Positions 37,270 through 49,129 of a stretch of 64,000 nucleotides of DNA are shown here, in pieces. Position 1 is the first letter of the stretch, and every line of letters begins with the position of its first letter. The notes below the pieces were generated by a model that was not told the DNA's origin, ran no database searches, and saw nothing but the letters and a program-made list of their open reading frames with translations. This stretch comes from Dicyema japonicum (lineage: Eukaryota; Animalia; Dicyemida). The DNA is taken from positions 263,564-327,563 of the forward strand of contig RDEW01000035.1 in assembly GCA_011109175.1 (NCBI GenBank), in the 5' to 3' direction. The position numbers were made by a program, and so were the translations under genes.

Positions 37270-38335
37270 AAACCACCGTCATATCCAAAATATACAAATT
37301 CAAGTGATCCCAGCCTCCCTTAACAGTCTCCGCATCATTTCTTGGCCTTCCGACTGCGTTCCTGCGCATTTCCGATATGGACGGTGTCCGCATTCCAGAG
37401 TCCTTCGCAGAGGCACTGTTCCAGTCGCCTCTATCACATTTTCTAGGTTTCTAGGCAGGATTTCTACTCGGGAATATTTCCTTAGTAGGTTTGCTGCCTT
37501 CACTTGAATGTTGCATATCTTGTCCAAATTCGTTGCAGAAAGGTCAGATCCCCAGATATTACATGCATATCCTATTGTAACCTCGATGTACTGTTTGTAT
37601 ATGACATCCAGACCACTCAACTCTTTTATGTCTCTTAGGTTTCTCAAGAACGCCTTCAGGAAGTTGATTTTCCTCGTACAAGTCAATAACATATTTTCGA
37701 CATGTTTTGTAAAAGTTAAAGTTTCAAAGGTAACTCCCAGGATTTTCTGGTATTTTTTGCGGGATATTCTTCCCATCAGTGTGACGTCAATCGATACTTT
37801 CCCTAGTCTCTGTTTGTCGTGAATAGGGTCAACACGACTTCTCCAAGCTAGCAGTCATTTGATTTTCCCAAAGCTGTAGAGATTGAAGAGTGGGGTGACA
37901 GTGGAGAGCCTTATGGGACTCAATTTGGAACGTAACGAGATCTTGATTTGATGTGCAAAGTGCCTGTGCTCGTCTTCCATTTAAGAAGTTTCCAAGCCAA
38001 AGTTTCAAGTTCGAATGCATTTTGGTTTCAAATATCTTATTTGTAAGGAGTTTCCTGGGGACTGAGTCGGACGCATTTGTGATGTCCACGGATATAAGTA
38101 CTGTCCTCTGATGGGGTTTGGGGGAGTTAAATTTTTCCGCAATGAATTATGTGAGGGTTGTTGTGTTCTAATGGTTACCCCGGAATCCGTGCTGGGTCGA
38201 AGGTATTGAGATTGAGTCTTGTACTTTTTCTAGAACAAACCTTTAAGGGATCCTTGAGACCGGACCCAGAATGGATATTGGGCGATAGGATTATGGTTCA
38301 TTTATTTGTTAGGTTTTCAAATAGGTTTGATTAGA
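37270..38335 (-). mobile_element. I/Ingi-like LINE RT to C-terminus, degraded
   Basis: SYRPISIL, QHGFRG, RTVLISVDITNASDSVP, LWLGNFLNGR, KILGVTF..LTF..HV and YKQYI...IGYACNIW. Confidence 0.9.
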
Positions 38336-38339
38336 GACT

Positions 38340-38620
38340 TCTTCCATATTTCCAGCCTCCAACATCTCTCGAATTATCTTCGAATGCTCCGCCAATAAAC
38401 CAACAACGTTCTTGAAGTGTCTTTTATTTCGCCATAGGAATTCTATCGGAGTGCACTTTTTTAATGCCGATCTGTATTTCTCCGCATGAACCGCCCTCTC
38501 TCTGAATGGGTTTCCTATCTCCTTGCACATACGTAGGAAGCCCTGGCCATTTCTCAAGGGGATGGATGGTGTCTGATTGCATATGCTGCATGAGGGCAAA
38601 GCTCCCAGTTTATTTAAATA
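38340..38620 (-). mobile_element. LINE C-terminal Cys-motif end
   Basis: LPSCSICNQT..AEKYR..TPIEFLW..FKNVVGLLAEH, homologous to the 62.2 kb fragment. Confidence 0.5.
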
Positions 38621-38680
38621 ATTAAAAGAGCAAATTAAAATAAATTTTAAATTATTCGCGTAACTCTGAATCATTTAGAT

Positions 38681-40704
38681 CAGGGGTTCTCAACCTGGGG
38701 TCGATTCGACCCTCAGGGGTCTAAAATCAATCCAGATCGATCGTAAGGGGGTCGAAAATAAATTTAATATATTTAATCTTTTTCATTTTAAATTAAGTTA
38801 GTTTATTTTTAAAGTGGTAAACCTTTGTTCTTTAAAATTTTTAAAATTACCATGCATGTTTTTGTTCGTGTATGAGTCGTCCTTCTACATTAAAAATTCG
38901 TCAATATAAAAATGAATATTTGGAATTTGGATTTATAAAATTTTTTTTGATAATAGACCATATTGCTTACTGTGTAACAAGTTATCAAATGATGCAATGA
39001 AACCGTCCAAATTGTTGGATCATCTTAGGAGTAAACATTCGGATAAAAAAGATAAACCATTAGAGTATTTTGAAGAATTAAAGGATTCTTTTCGTAAACA
39101 AAAAACGATTGACAGTTTTTACAAATAGTATTGAAAGAAACAAAAAATACTATTTTTTTCGCTTCAAATTGACGAAAGTCATACATGTGACAACCAATAA
39201 ATTCTAATGGGATATGTCAGGTTAATCTTATTAGAAGCTTACCTTTTAAGATATTTTGACGATCATGCTATTCCTACAGAAGCTTTATTATTCGTCAAAT
39301 ATTTGGAAACTGATATGACTGGATTTTCTATTTTTTCCGTAGTCAAATTATTTTTGGATGACAAGAAGATTCCATATGAAAATTTGGTTTCTTGTGCCAC
39401 AGATGGTGAATGTCTATGGTTGGAAAATATAAAGGATTTGCGCATATTTGACAAAAATATGTCCAAATGTGATTCATATACATTGCGTCCTACATATACA
39501 ACATTTGGTTTCAAAAGCTCTTTCGCCAATTCTACATGAAACGTTAAATATAGTTATTAAAACCATAAACAAAATTAAAGCAAACAGCAAGTATGACCGT
39601 CTTTTTAGAAAATTTTGCTATGAGGCTAAAGAAACATATGTCCGTCTTGTGCTTCACACTGAGGTTATAGTTTCCAATTTTATTTTATAGGTACGATGGT
39701 TATCAAAGGGAAATGCATTAGAACGATTTTCAATATTATTTGACACAATCGTAAATTTTCTTACTTCTGGGTGATAAAACTTTAGCAGATTTAATTGTAT
39801 CGAAAAAGAAAGAAATTGTTTATTTGACTTGGATTTTTGGAAAATTTAATGAAGTTTCATTAGAACTTCAGGGAAAGTATGTGACGTTAATAGATTGTAA
39901 AAGAATTATTCAAATATTTATCGAAAAAATTAAGTTATATAAATATAACTTGGAAAAAAGAAATTATTATAACATTCCCGAATTCCACTCAATTGGTCAA
40001 ACATTTGATAATGAAGATATTAACAACTTTTTGCAACATTTATTACGTGTAGAAAAAGATTTGATTCTTCGATTCCAAGATATTCTTGAATTTGAAATTT
40101 CATTTTAAATGTTTAATCTGTTTTTGTCAAAGCCAGAAGAACAAAAAGAAAATATTAAAGAGGAATTAATTATGTTAAAATTCAATCCAGAATTAAAACT
40201 ATTTTAGAATGATTCACAATCACCTGCTATTTTTTGGCAAAATATGAAAGTGAAGGAGAGTTATCCAAAATTGTGGACATAAATAGCACAATTGCTACTC
40301 TATTTTCCGACATCATACTGTGTTGAATGCGGATTTAGCATTCTACATCGAATTGTAAATAAAGAACAAAACAGATTGGAAGTGTCCATTAGAGGAGATA
40401 TTCGTTTAAAAATAACACAAATAGATCCAGATATCGAATCTTTGGTCAAAAAACATCAGTCACAGGGATCCCATTGGTATTTAATTTTTTTATTATAGAT
40501 TTATGCTAAGATACCAACTTAACATCGAGTATATACTTTTTTTGTTTGATTTGATTATTAACAATGAATTCATTTTAGATAGTTAACTAATTTTACTTAA
40601 AATTATCTGTTCAAAATAAAAAAGTTTTAAGGGGTCGATTAAATATTAGGGGGGTCGAAAAAAAAGTCATGGGGTCGACGAGTAAAAAAAGGTTGAGAAC
40701 CCTG
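38681..40704 (+). mobile_element. Buster-family hAT transposon, internally deleted, both ends intact
   Basis: TIRs CAGGGGTTCTCAACCT / AGGTTGAGAACCCTG; perfect 8-bp TSD ATTTAGAT with central TA; BED finger CLLCNKLSNDAMKPSKLLDHLRSKH; SLQIDES; LHTE|VRWLSKG; YCVECGFS. Confidence 0.95.
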
Positions 40705-42189
40705 ATTTAGATGGTTGATGTTGGCCATAAAACTGGTTTAGTTGACCCCCTCAAAATTATACTTTAACAGAAGAATTAGCAAATTTAGGCCAAAAAACAA
40801 CGAAGTGGAACTATAAATAAAGAAATAGATGTTTCTGTGCGATCCCGACAAATTTGAAATTCTGAGATATGTAGGCGAATGTTTGAAAATATAATTATTC
40901 CAACAGGTAAATCTGATGACGTGGACACCTCTGTAAGGTTATTATCAAAAAGCTCCGTACCGACTACCGGGAAGGGCTTCTATTACGTTTCTCCAGGTAC
41001 AGAAATAAGATGTAATATTTTTCTAAAATTCAAGGATTGACTCCGTAATTCGAAGATTTAAGGATAATTCTGGGGGTTTTGCATAATAATTTGCAGAAAC
41101 TCTTCACAACATCATGTTTGGGGACAAAATTATAACACACGTTCCCTCCACAGCTATCAGGTCATACCTCTTAATCATTAGACGATCTACACCGTTTCCT
41201 GATACTGTTTTCAGATCGGAACGACCCATATAGGGCCTTGCACTATAACCTTCCCGGATGAGATAGTACGACATTACTGAATTAGTAAGAATACGACTGA
41301 GGCGTGTGACACAAACGGACTTAGTTAACATAACGTTCAATGGTCTGTGAAAGTGCTTTAATAAAATACACTGATTCCTACGTCAGATTAGTCCCTGAAC
41401 TTATGTAACAAACGCTCACTTGATCAGCAATTCGGCTATTGGCTGGTAAATGAAGCATATAACTGTTTGTGTTTCTCTGATTAACCAAGGTGATGAGAAT
41501 TTATAATTAGAAGAGAAGCAATGTGAGTATTTGATCGCTTGAGGGGTTGAGAATTGTTCGTGTTAAAGGATGTCCAAACGAGAAAGAAAGACCAAGTCCT
41601 TAACCCACGTGGATATTTGAAGGAGGTACTTGTTAAGAATGAATCTCCATTGAGAAACAATGTCGACCACTAGCAAATTCTTCAAGGAATAATAGTCACG
41701 TGGATGATGAAGCTTATGGCTTATCACAGGAAGCATTTACGACTCGCTCCAGCAAATTGATGATTTTGTGAACTACCTACGAGACTGAGAGCTCTGAAAC
41801 TGTTATTTCTGCGAAACCGTACAAACCGATAGCGTGAAGCAAAGAATTCTGAAAAAGTTTTTGAAGCTGAGATCCGTGAAACTGGAGATTTTTGAAAATT
41901 GGAGAATCCTAGGGTCAAGTCTAAAAAAGACGAACTAACTGACGGATCTGTCACTTAAAGGAAGAAATCGATTGATACAATAAAAGGAGACTCAGGGGAG
42001 CTGAAAAGTCTAGAAAACGGAAAAAATTAGTAAATTTGTCAACTTAAACGAGCAGTGGATGATTCACTCACTGAGAAAGGGAATAAAGAGTGTTCACAGA
42101 AAAATAAAAAAATCCCCACGTTTATGTATCATTTACTGAACCTCCTAGAGGATGAGACTATCTATGGTATTTCTTATTAACTGTTAACA

Positions 42190-43800
42190 CTCTTACGGAA
42201 ATATTTTCGTGAAGAGTGGCTTATGTTCAAAGCTGAACCACGTGACTACACGTTTGACACGACTCGACTCAACGCATTAGTGGTCTTTTGACCATACTTT
42301 CGTGAAGTAGTGGATTTTGGCTGAAGGCTTGACTAGAAATCACGGAATAACACGTAGTAAGTAGTGGCTTTTGGCTTAGAGCTTAACTTGAAATCACCCG
42401 ATAAACCGTGGAAATTATCGTCTTTGCTCAAATTTGATTGGAAATTCTTGGATCCACGTGGAAGCAGTTGTTTATGTCTCGAAGCTTCTGGACCGACTTG
42501 ACACTACGTTTGGACACTACTCGCTATTAACTCACACTTTAGTGGTCTCCCGGACCATATTTTCGTGAAGTAATGGTTTGTGTGTCAAGGCTTGACTGGA
42601 AATCATCTATAACAAGTGTGAAGTAGTGGCTTATTGCTCAACGCTTCATTTACCCGCGTTACTTCACTTTTAAACTCTACTGACTATTGATCAACTCCTT
42701 ACTGGAGTCTCCTGACTTACTCAAAACAACAAAATTCGTATCAAAGCGAAGTGACTTACAAACCGGTGTTCTTTATACGAGTTGAAAGGATCATATTCTG
42801 CAAAGGCTCAAAAGTCCCTTTCAGAATATCAGACTTTTGCCACATACAACACTTGAAGTTGTAGCTAGATGAAACCACATGAATTCTTTCATACTCAGTA
42901 TTCATTCTGAACGCATAGAGAGTTCCGTGAAGGTCTCCACTTTTGAGTATGATGAAAGAACGCTTAGTAAATTATCTCAACTTGCTTTCTTCTCTTTTAT
43001 TGTTAACAAATTTGTGCAACTAGACAGAAACTTGTTCAGGAAATGCTTCTCATTGATGGATTTTGGGGAGTAACTCAGACCTTTTAGTCCGACAATATCA
43101 ACGGGATATGTTGATTTCACCTTCTCCGAGTCTTCCACATAAGTAATGTGGGAAATTGTATATATTTGGTCGATTTTGACAAAACTAGTAGTATTGGCCG
43201 TCTGTAAAGTTATCTCTGTATCCGTGAATTCCACAAATAGCATGTTCACGCTTTAAAACGCGGGAAATATCATACAAACTCATTTTCAAAAAGCCTCTTC
43301 GAACTTTGGATAGGAACAACATGACAAATTCAAATTAGCATCCCTCAACCAAAATTCCAGAGTGAAATCTCAGCTTAATAGTAAAAAATACAGCTTCTGT
43401 GGTCTTTTCCAACTTTATCAACCCTTAAAGACGTCTCTGCTCGCTTGAAGGTAAATATTCTTCAACAGGATCCCAATATCAGCCGAATGACGCCATCTTT
43501 CAAAACATCCGAGAAGTATGGAATGATGCAATACTGAGTAAAGGCAGCCCTGTCTGGCAATCTTGGAGATCAAAAAACGACTGAACTGCGTTTGGGACAA
43601 CAAAAATGAGTTTATACGTTTGATCAGAGTAAGAAGGATGCCAGTATCCAAATGGTCATTTTCAAATATCGAATTAAAGCACATGCATGTCAAATGGAGC
43701 ACAAATTCCATGCGGTCCTTCAAGCCGTAGTCAAATAAAGACAGAAATACAGAGCACGTGTCGTGAAGTTGATTGAAAGTCAAAATATCCTGGAAATTAG
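42190..43800 (-). pseudogene. Possible decayed host gene ending in Ser/Thr/Lys-rich repeats
   Basis: Collinear 121-aa and 90-aa ORFs; candidate 29-nt intron at 43251-43279; repeats read DFQSSL..ITSRKYG. Confidence 0.25.
42199..42650. repeat. Degenerate ~50-54-nt minisatellite with a ~265-nt higher-order period
   Basis: Recurring CGTGAAGTAGTGG..AGGCTTGACTGGAAATCA; 42299 and 42564 align over an extended block. Confidence 0.7.
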
Positions 43801-44496
43801 TAAGAATTCACTTCTGACCTCCCTACTGTCCTTTTTACGCGCCACGTTTAAAATGTGAAGCATTATTGTACTTTGAAATCTTTCCTTTCAGAAAAAAAGA
43901 AACTTTAAACCACGGAACATTGCAGGAGCTGAATTATAATGTCGTTGGTCCGCTAACCTTTCTCTGGGTCTTTTTAGCCTCTTTTAGGGAAAATCCAGTA
44001 AAGAGCACTTTTATAACAATTTTACTAAATAATCACACAAGTCAAATTCTTCTTCATTCATTTGAAAGTGCTATTTAATCCGTGAAACAACATTTAATTG
44101 GCTGAAGCTTAGATAAATGGCCAATTTTTGCCCCAAATATAACAAAATCAACGATTCTACTCAGAGGCAGCTTATACTAAGTGGGCAGAATAAAGTCAAT
44201 GAGAGAAATAAAGTGTACAAGAAAAAAATTAGATATACATTTTCTTCTCAGTCCCCTCTTTTTCTCCCGGGCTGTTCTGTCCCTATAATTTCTTCACAAG
44301 GAGTATCCACTCGAGATCCGCCAATTTTGATTTCAACACTTTATGGCTAAACTTTCATCGTGATATCAACATTAGATACTGATTTTTCCGTGAACCCGGG
44401 ATTTTAAGTGGCCTGCCAGGATCTAAATGCTGGAAGATCACTTCCTGTTAGAGTGAAAATACTTCTGTGGCCGACCAATGGTTAAACTCCCTATCA

Positions 44497-44650
44497 CACT
44501 GAACAAAGACCTCCAAAGATTGAAGAAATGCCTCTGGACGAGTTGATATCAATTGCGTGTAACCGTGAAGGATGGAAGAGGATACATTATTTGTTGCACA
44601 TTCTTAGCTATAACCATTATGACAAGGCGATAAGTGCTTATAACAATAGT
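44497..44650 (+). mobile_element. RTE 3' end
   Basis: KDLQR..LDELISIACNREGWKR; tail TGACAAGGCGATAAGTGCT shared with 48.07 kb. Confidence 0.75.
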
Positions 44651-45649
44651 TCCCATCAGAGATTGTGAGTTATAGGATAGTCAGAAGTCTGAGGGATCAT
44701 CAATCTGGTAATAAACCAATTTGTTTCGAATGAGCATTAAAACGTAGTCTTGGAATGATTCATGAAACGAAAAATATGGATGTCTTTCTATATTAGAGAA
44801 ATCCCAAAAATATGACTAATCGAATATGTCACATATCATTACTAATTATGCTAATTAAAATGCCAATGCCTTTCAACATTAGATAAATCCCAAAAAATAT
44901 GGGTTAATGACTTTCTATAGTGTTTCCCTCCTAGAGAGGAGATCTCCTTCGACCTCAGCTTTCCGGACAATGCACTTTGGATCAGTCGGCATACAAAAAT
45001 ATTACTCCTTTCGACACTTTCTATGACTTTTGAGAGGGAGAAATTTTATATTAATATAATAATAATAAATTTTATAAATTAATTTTAATTAAAAAATTTT
45101 AAATAAATCTGAATTAAAAATAGCTTGCCTTTGGATTGACAGAATGAGCATGCAACAGTTAGTGAAAAAGTTCGGATTGCTCAATTCCTCACGTGACAGC
45201 CGTGAGTATTTGCTAAAACATCCACAACTCGTCTCGTTTGATGGTGTCTTGACCATCATCATTTGGTGTGTGGATATGATTCATGCCAAAGTAGGATATT
45301 TGATTTCTTTAGAAATTTTCCTTGGCAGATCGTGTGATTCACCAAGCCATGTTTATCGTCTTCATCCACCATATGGATGATCAGGAAGGGCAAGATCCCC
45401 TATCAAAAATTAACACATTTTTCTTGAAGTAGTAAAAGATTTGAATTTAGATATAACAACGAGAGTAAGGATCCAAGATTTTTGGATTTTAAAAGTTCAT
45501 TTAATGAGCAAGTGGAGGATTATAAAGCGAGGATCAGATCGGCAGATCAGTTCCGATCATTCTTTTTCACTCTTCTTCATGAATTACTTGACTATTTTAT
45601 AATTTTGGTTTTTGTTAGTAAGTGTGCCTATTTCTTGTGGTCGACATTG

Positions 45650-45950
45650 TAGAGTTTATTGAAGGATCAATGACATCAATATGTATAGAGTGGTCTCATA
45701 TAGTAGCATCTTTTTGCTTTAAAAGAGTGATACTCTCATTTACACTTGGTTTAAGTTTTTTTGTGATGATAGGTCAACTGTCAGCGACGTCATGTCTCTT
45801 AAGATCTATTTTTGACATTCCCCACGACCTGAGTCATAAAGTAGTTTGGTTATACGAACGCATTAGCAGATTTATAGAAACGTGCTTCCAACATGTCCAG
45901 ATACTCCACGTCGTGCTTCCAACATGTCGAACCTGTTTAAAATAATGGAT
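45650..45950 (-). mobile_element. Degraded RTE fragment
   Basis: PTTL..SWGMSKIDLKR resembles PILMY..TWGMSK of the 46.8 kb copy. Confidence 0.4.
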
Positions 45951-46439
45951 TCTCCATAATTGGAGGTGCAAGGGTAAAAGCCCACAAGAGGACAAGTTTA
46001 TCCAACTAGGCATTCCTGTGACGTTAATGGTAAATATTATGTCGCGAGCGCTAGAGTGATCGAGCGCTGAGAAAGACAAGTCCATAAGGAACCAGCAGAA
46101 AAGGTAAAAGACGTTATTCTTGCAGTTGTGGAACCCCTTCAGTTGTGTGGGGGAGAGCAAATGACCTTTTTTCGTACCAGCTTGCATGGGTGCCACCTGA
46201 GACAAGTGGATGACATCGCAGTAGGAAAAGATGAGGAAAAGATGAAAATAGAAAATTTCAAACGACTTGGCATAATAATCAGCCGAATGAAGGTTAAATA
46301 ATCAGTGAAATGATCGTAGTTTTTTTAAATTAACATTTTTTTATTAAAAAGTCAAAATCTTTATTAAAAGATCTTTAAATGATTATTCAATCGGTCCCCG
46401 CGGCATTACGAGACCTTCGTTAGTTCTATGATGACAGCA

Positions 46440-47246
46440 TCGTCGAAATTGCTTACGGGACGACGTTGACTTTATGTCAGAAGACAAATCGGCCTACTTC
46501 GACTCTCGAGGTGGCACCTGATGAGCTGACAGATGGTTCCTCGGAATGAACACCGCAAAAACCGACATTGTGGAAATCCAGAGAATGGAAAGCAGATCAA
46601 GTGAAACGTGGCTTTACTTGGAGACTAACAAACTTGGCTTTTTACTTGGAGACAGCCAAGATATTGCCAGAAGGAAGGCCCTCGCTTGGGTAAAAAAGAT
46701 GAACAAGTTGAAGAAAGAGTGCCACATCTCTTCATTGTGACTCTATGAAGCCTTTGTCAAGCCGATCCTAATGTACATTTCATCGACCTGGGGGATGTCA
46801 AAAACCGAACAACTTGGACTAGACTCTTTCCATTGACGACAATTTAGATCCATACTAGGACTGAACTGACCAACTAGAATAAACAAGGAATCACTATATA
46901 AGAGATGTTGTACGGGTCCACTGAGTCTCGAAATTGTTGATATGCGTTAGAGGCTATTTGGACATATCTTGCGAATAGACTTGAGTGCTCCAGCCAACAT
47001 AGCAATGGAGGCTTACTTAATTAGACAAGGGCCGTGTTTCCGTGGACGCCGGCATATTACACTCCATATACACTTATGGAGATCTAAAGCTTGTGAACAA
47101 AAGTCTAAGAAGTGGGGACGATCTGGACGAGTTGAGTAAACTGTCTTACGATCGAGGAGGTTGGAAGAAGTTGGTTCGGAGGATTGTTTCGAATGCTGTA
47201 CGAAAGAAATTATAACTGTTATGATTTTACGCATGTTGCTTATAAT
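46440..47246 (+). mobile_element. RTE-clade LINE 3' portion
   Basis: KLGFLLGDSQDIARRKALA, VKPILMY..TWGM, RLFGHILR..PANIAM..FRGR; TAATAA tail. Confidence 0.85.
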
Positions 47247-47414
47247 AAATGGTCCCGCTAATATAATTGATGTTGCATCTCACGATGACAGCGAAGATCA
47301 GCTGTAGATGTACTTAAGAAATTTGATAGTCTGATTTAATGTGTAAATTGATGTGTGATTTGAGTCTCCAATTGTGAGAAACTAATTATGGAATTTCCGC
47401 CCACAAATTGCTTT

Positions 47415-47651
47415 TTACAAGTTCATGTCGTCTCCTTCATCGGCGGCCTTCTGGTATTGCTGGTATTCGGCGACCAAATCGTTCACGTTAGAGTCAGCTT
47501 CAGTAAAATCTATTTCATCCATTCCCTAGCCAATGTACCATTGAAGGAAAGCTTTTCTTCTGGACATAGAAATAAATTGCTTTGATAAACGCTTGAAAAG
47601 TTCCTGGAGACTTTTCTAGGAACAGGGAAACAGATGACATCTAACATTGTT
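47415..47651 (-). pseudogene. TUBB: Beta-tubulin C-terminal pseudogene fragment
   Basis: [53 protein letters not shown]; the conserved E codon has become TAG. Confidence 0.9.
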
Positions 47652-47699
47652 TCTTTTTTTAATGTTTACACCATATTATTTCTGATTGGCCTTTAGCCG

Positions 47700-48095
47700 C
47701 TTAGAGTGTCATTTGGCATGCAGTAGCCTGCCAGGATATCAAATGCTGAAATTTATAAAAATGCAATAGTAGGCCTCTAAGGGTGCACATCACTGACGCC
47801 AGATGGAGACTGTTTGGACACATCCTGGGTATGCTCCCTCAGCTAATGTGGCGATGGAGGATCACTTCATGTTCTATGGGAAATGCTTCCGTGGATGACT
47901 AAGGATAACACTCCCTATAATACTGCACAAAGACTTCCAAAGAGTGAGGAAATGCCTAAATACGGAAGACAATCTGGAAGAGCTGAGATCGATTGCATGT
48001 AACCGTGGAGGATGAAAGAGGCTAACTAATAACATTGTGTTGTACATGCTTTACTATAACCATTATGACAAGGCGATAAGTGCTAATAATAATAT
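47700..48095 (+). mobile_element. RTE-clade LINE 3' fragment
   Basis: ARWRLFGHIL, PSANVAMEDHF, FRG*LRITLP..LHKD; (AAT)n tail. Confidence 0.85.
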
Positions 48096-48329
48096 CATTG
48101 ATCTCGTTCCATTTAAAATTAATCGCAGTTATCAGTCCGATCTCGAGGTTGTTCCAAAAATCTAGGTTGTAAATGAAATAATAATCTATAATAAAAAAAC
48201 TTAAAAAATTTTATTATGGTGTACAAAAATGTTTAACTCTACTCTCAAATCCATATTCTTTTTCAGGTTTAGCTACAGTTTTTTCCTAAAGAGTAAAACT
48301 CAGGGAATCCGGAGCGATATTTAAAATGG

Positions 48330-48880
48330 ATTCTTCCAAATCATTATTTGTTTGGTTTTTTTATTGTTTCATTTTGTCTTGATTCACCATAATATTTCAT
48401 CATAGATTTATTCCTAATAATTCCTCCTATACATCGCTTTGATCATTGAGGCTGTTTTTTGGTGTAAATACTGTTCCAGCATTTTATAGCAGATTCACGC
48501 CATGCCTCATATTAAAATCAGTGTCGTAAATTAATTTTGTTAAGGGATTCCAACAAATAATCTTCTTGTCGATAAAGCATATAAACTCCATAATTTTGAA
48601 TAATTAAAAGATTTTAAAACTCCAATGGCTGAAGAATCGGAGAATATTTGGCAGGAAAAGTAATTCAATGTTTGAATGAATTTGTTTTCATGACATCGTC
48701 GAGGAGAACAAGGGTCTTTTTTTGATTTTTCAATTTTTTCGTTAATTCGACATAACCATGAATTAAAAAAGTCCTATGTCATCCAAGCATTCTGGGATGA
48801 TGAATACATAACGATACAAGAGTATTTCATGTTTTTCTTGGTATTTTAGGCTCATCTTAAGAACGCCACGAGGATATTAA
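48330..48880 (-). mobile_element. pogo/Tigger DDE_1 transposase remnant
   Basis: NAWMT*DFFNSWL, LVLLDD, NIELLFLP..LQPL..GVLKSF and KINL..AW..CW. Confidence 0.75.
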
Positions 48881-49129
48881 GTCAAAGTGAAATTTTCTTT
48901 TTAATTTAAACCAATAAATAAGTTATAATTAATTTTGTTCCACGTCGACGTTTTTGGTCTTCTCCATTTCTACTAAATCCTACCAAGCGTTCAAAAAATC
49001 TGGGGGTGTTCCAAAAACCAAGGTGAGGTTTTCTCCGAATCGAGGTCTGACTGTAATATAGTCCGCAGTGAGGCTATTGATATAATTTCATTATTTTCAT
49101 CAAATATGAGTAATGTGACTTAGGGAAAT

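Noticed and set aside
42199-42650. CRISPR-like array
   Set aside because: Units are degenerate and contiguous without unique spacers; no cas genes; eukaryotic context.
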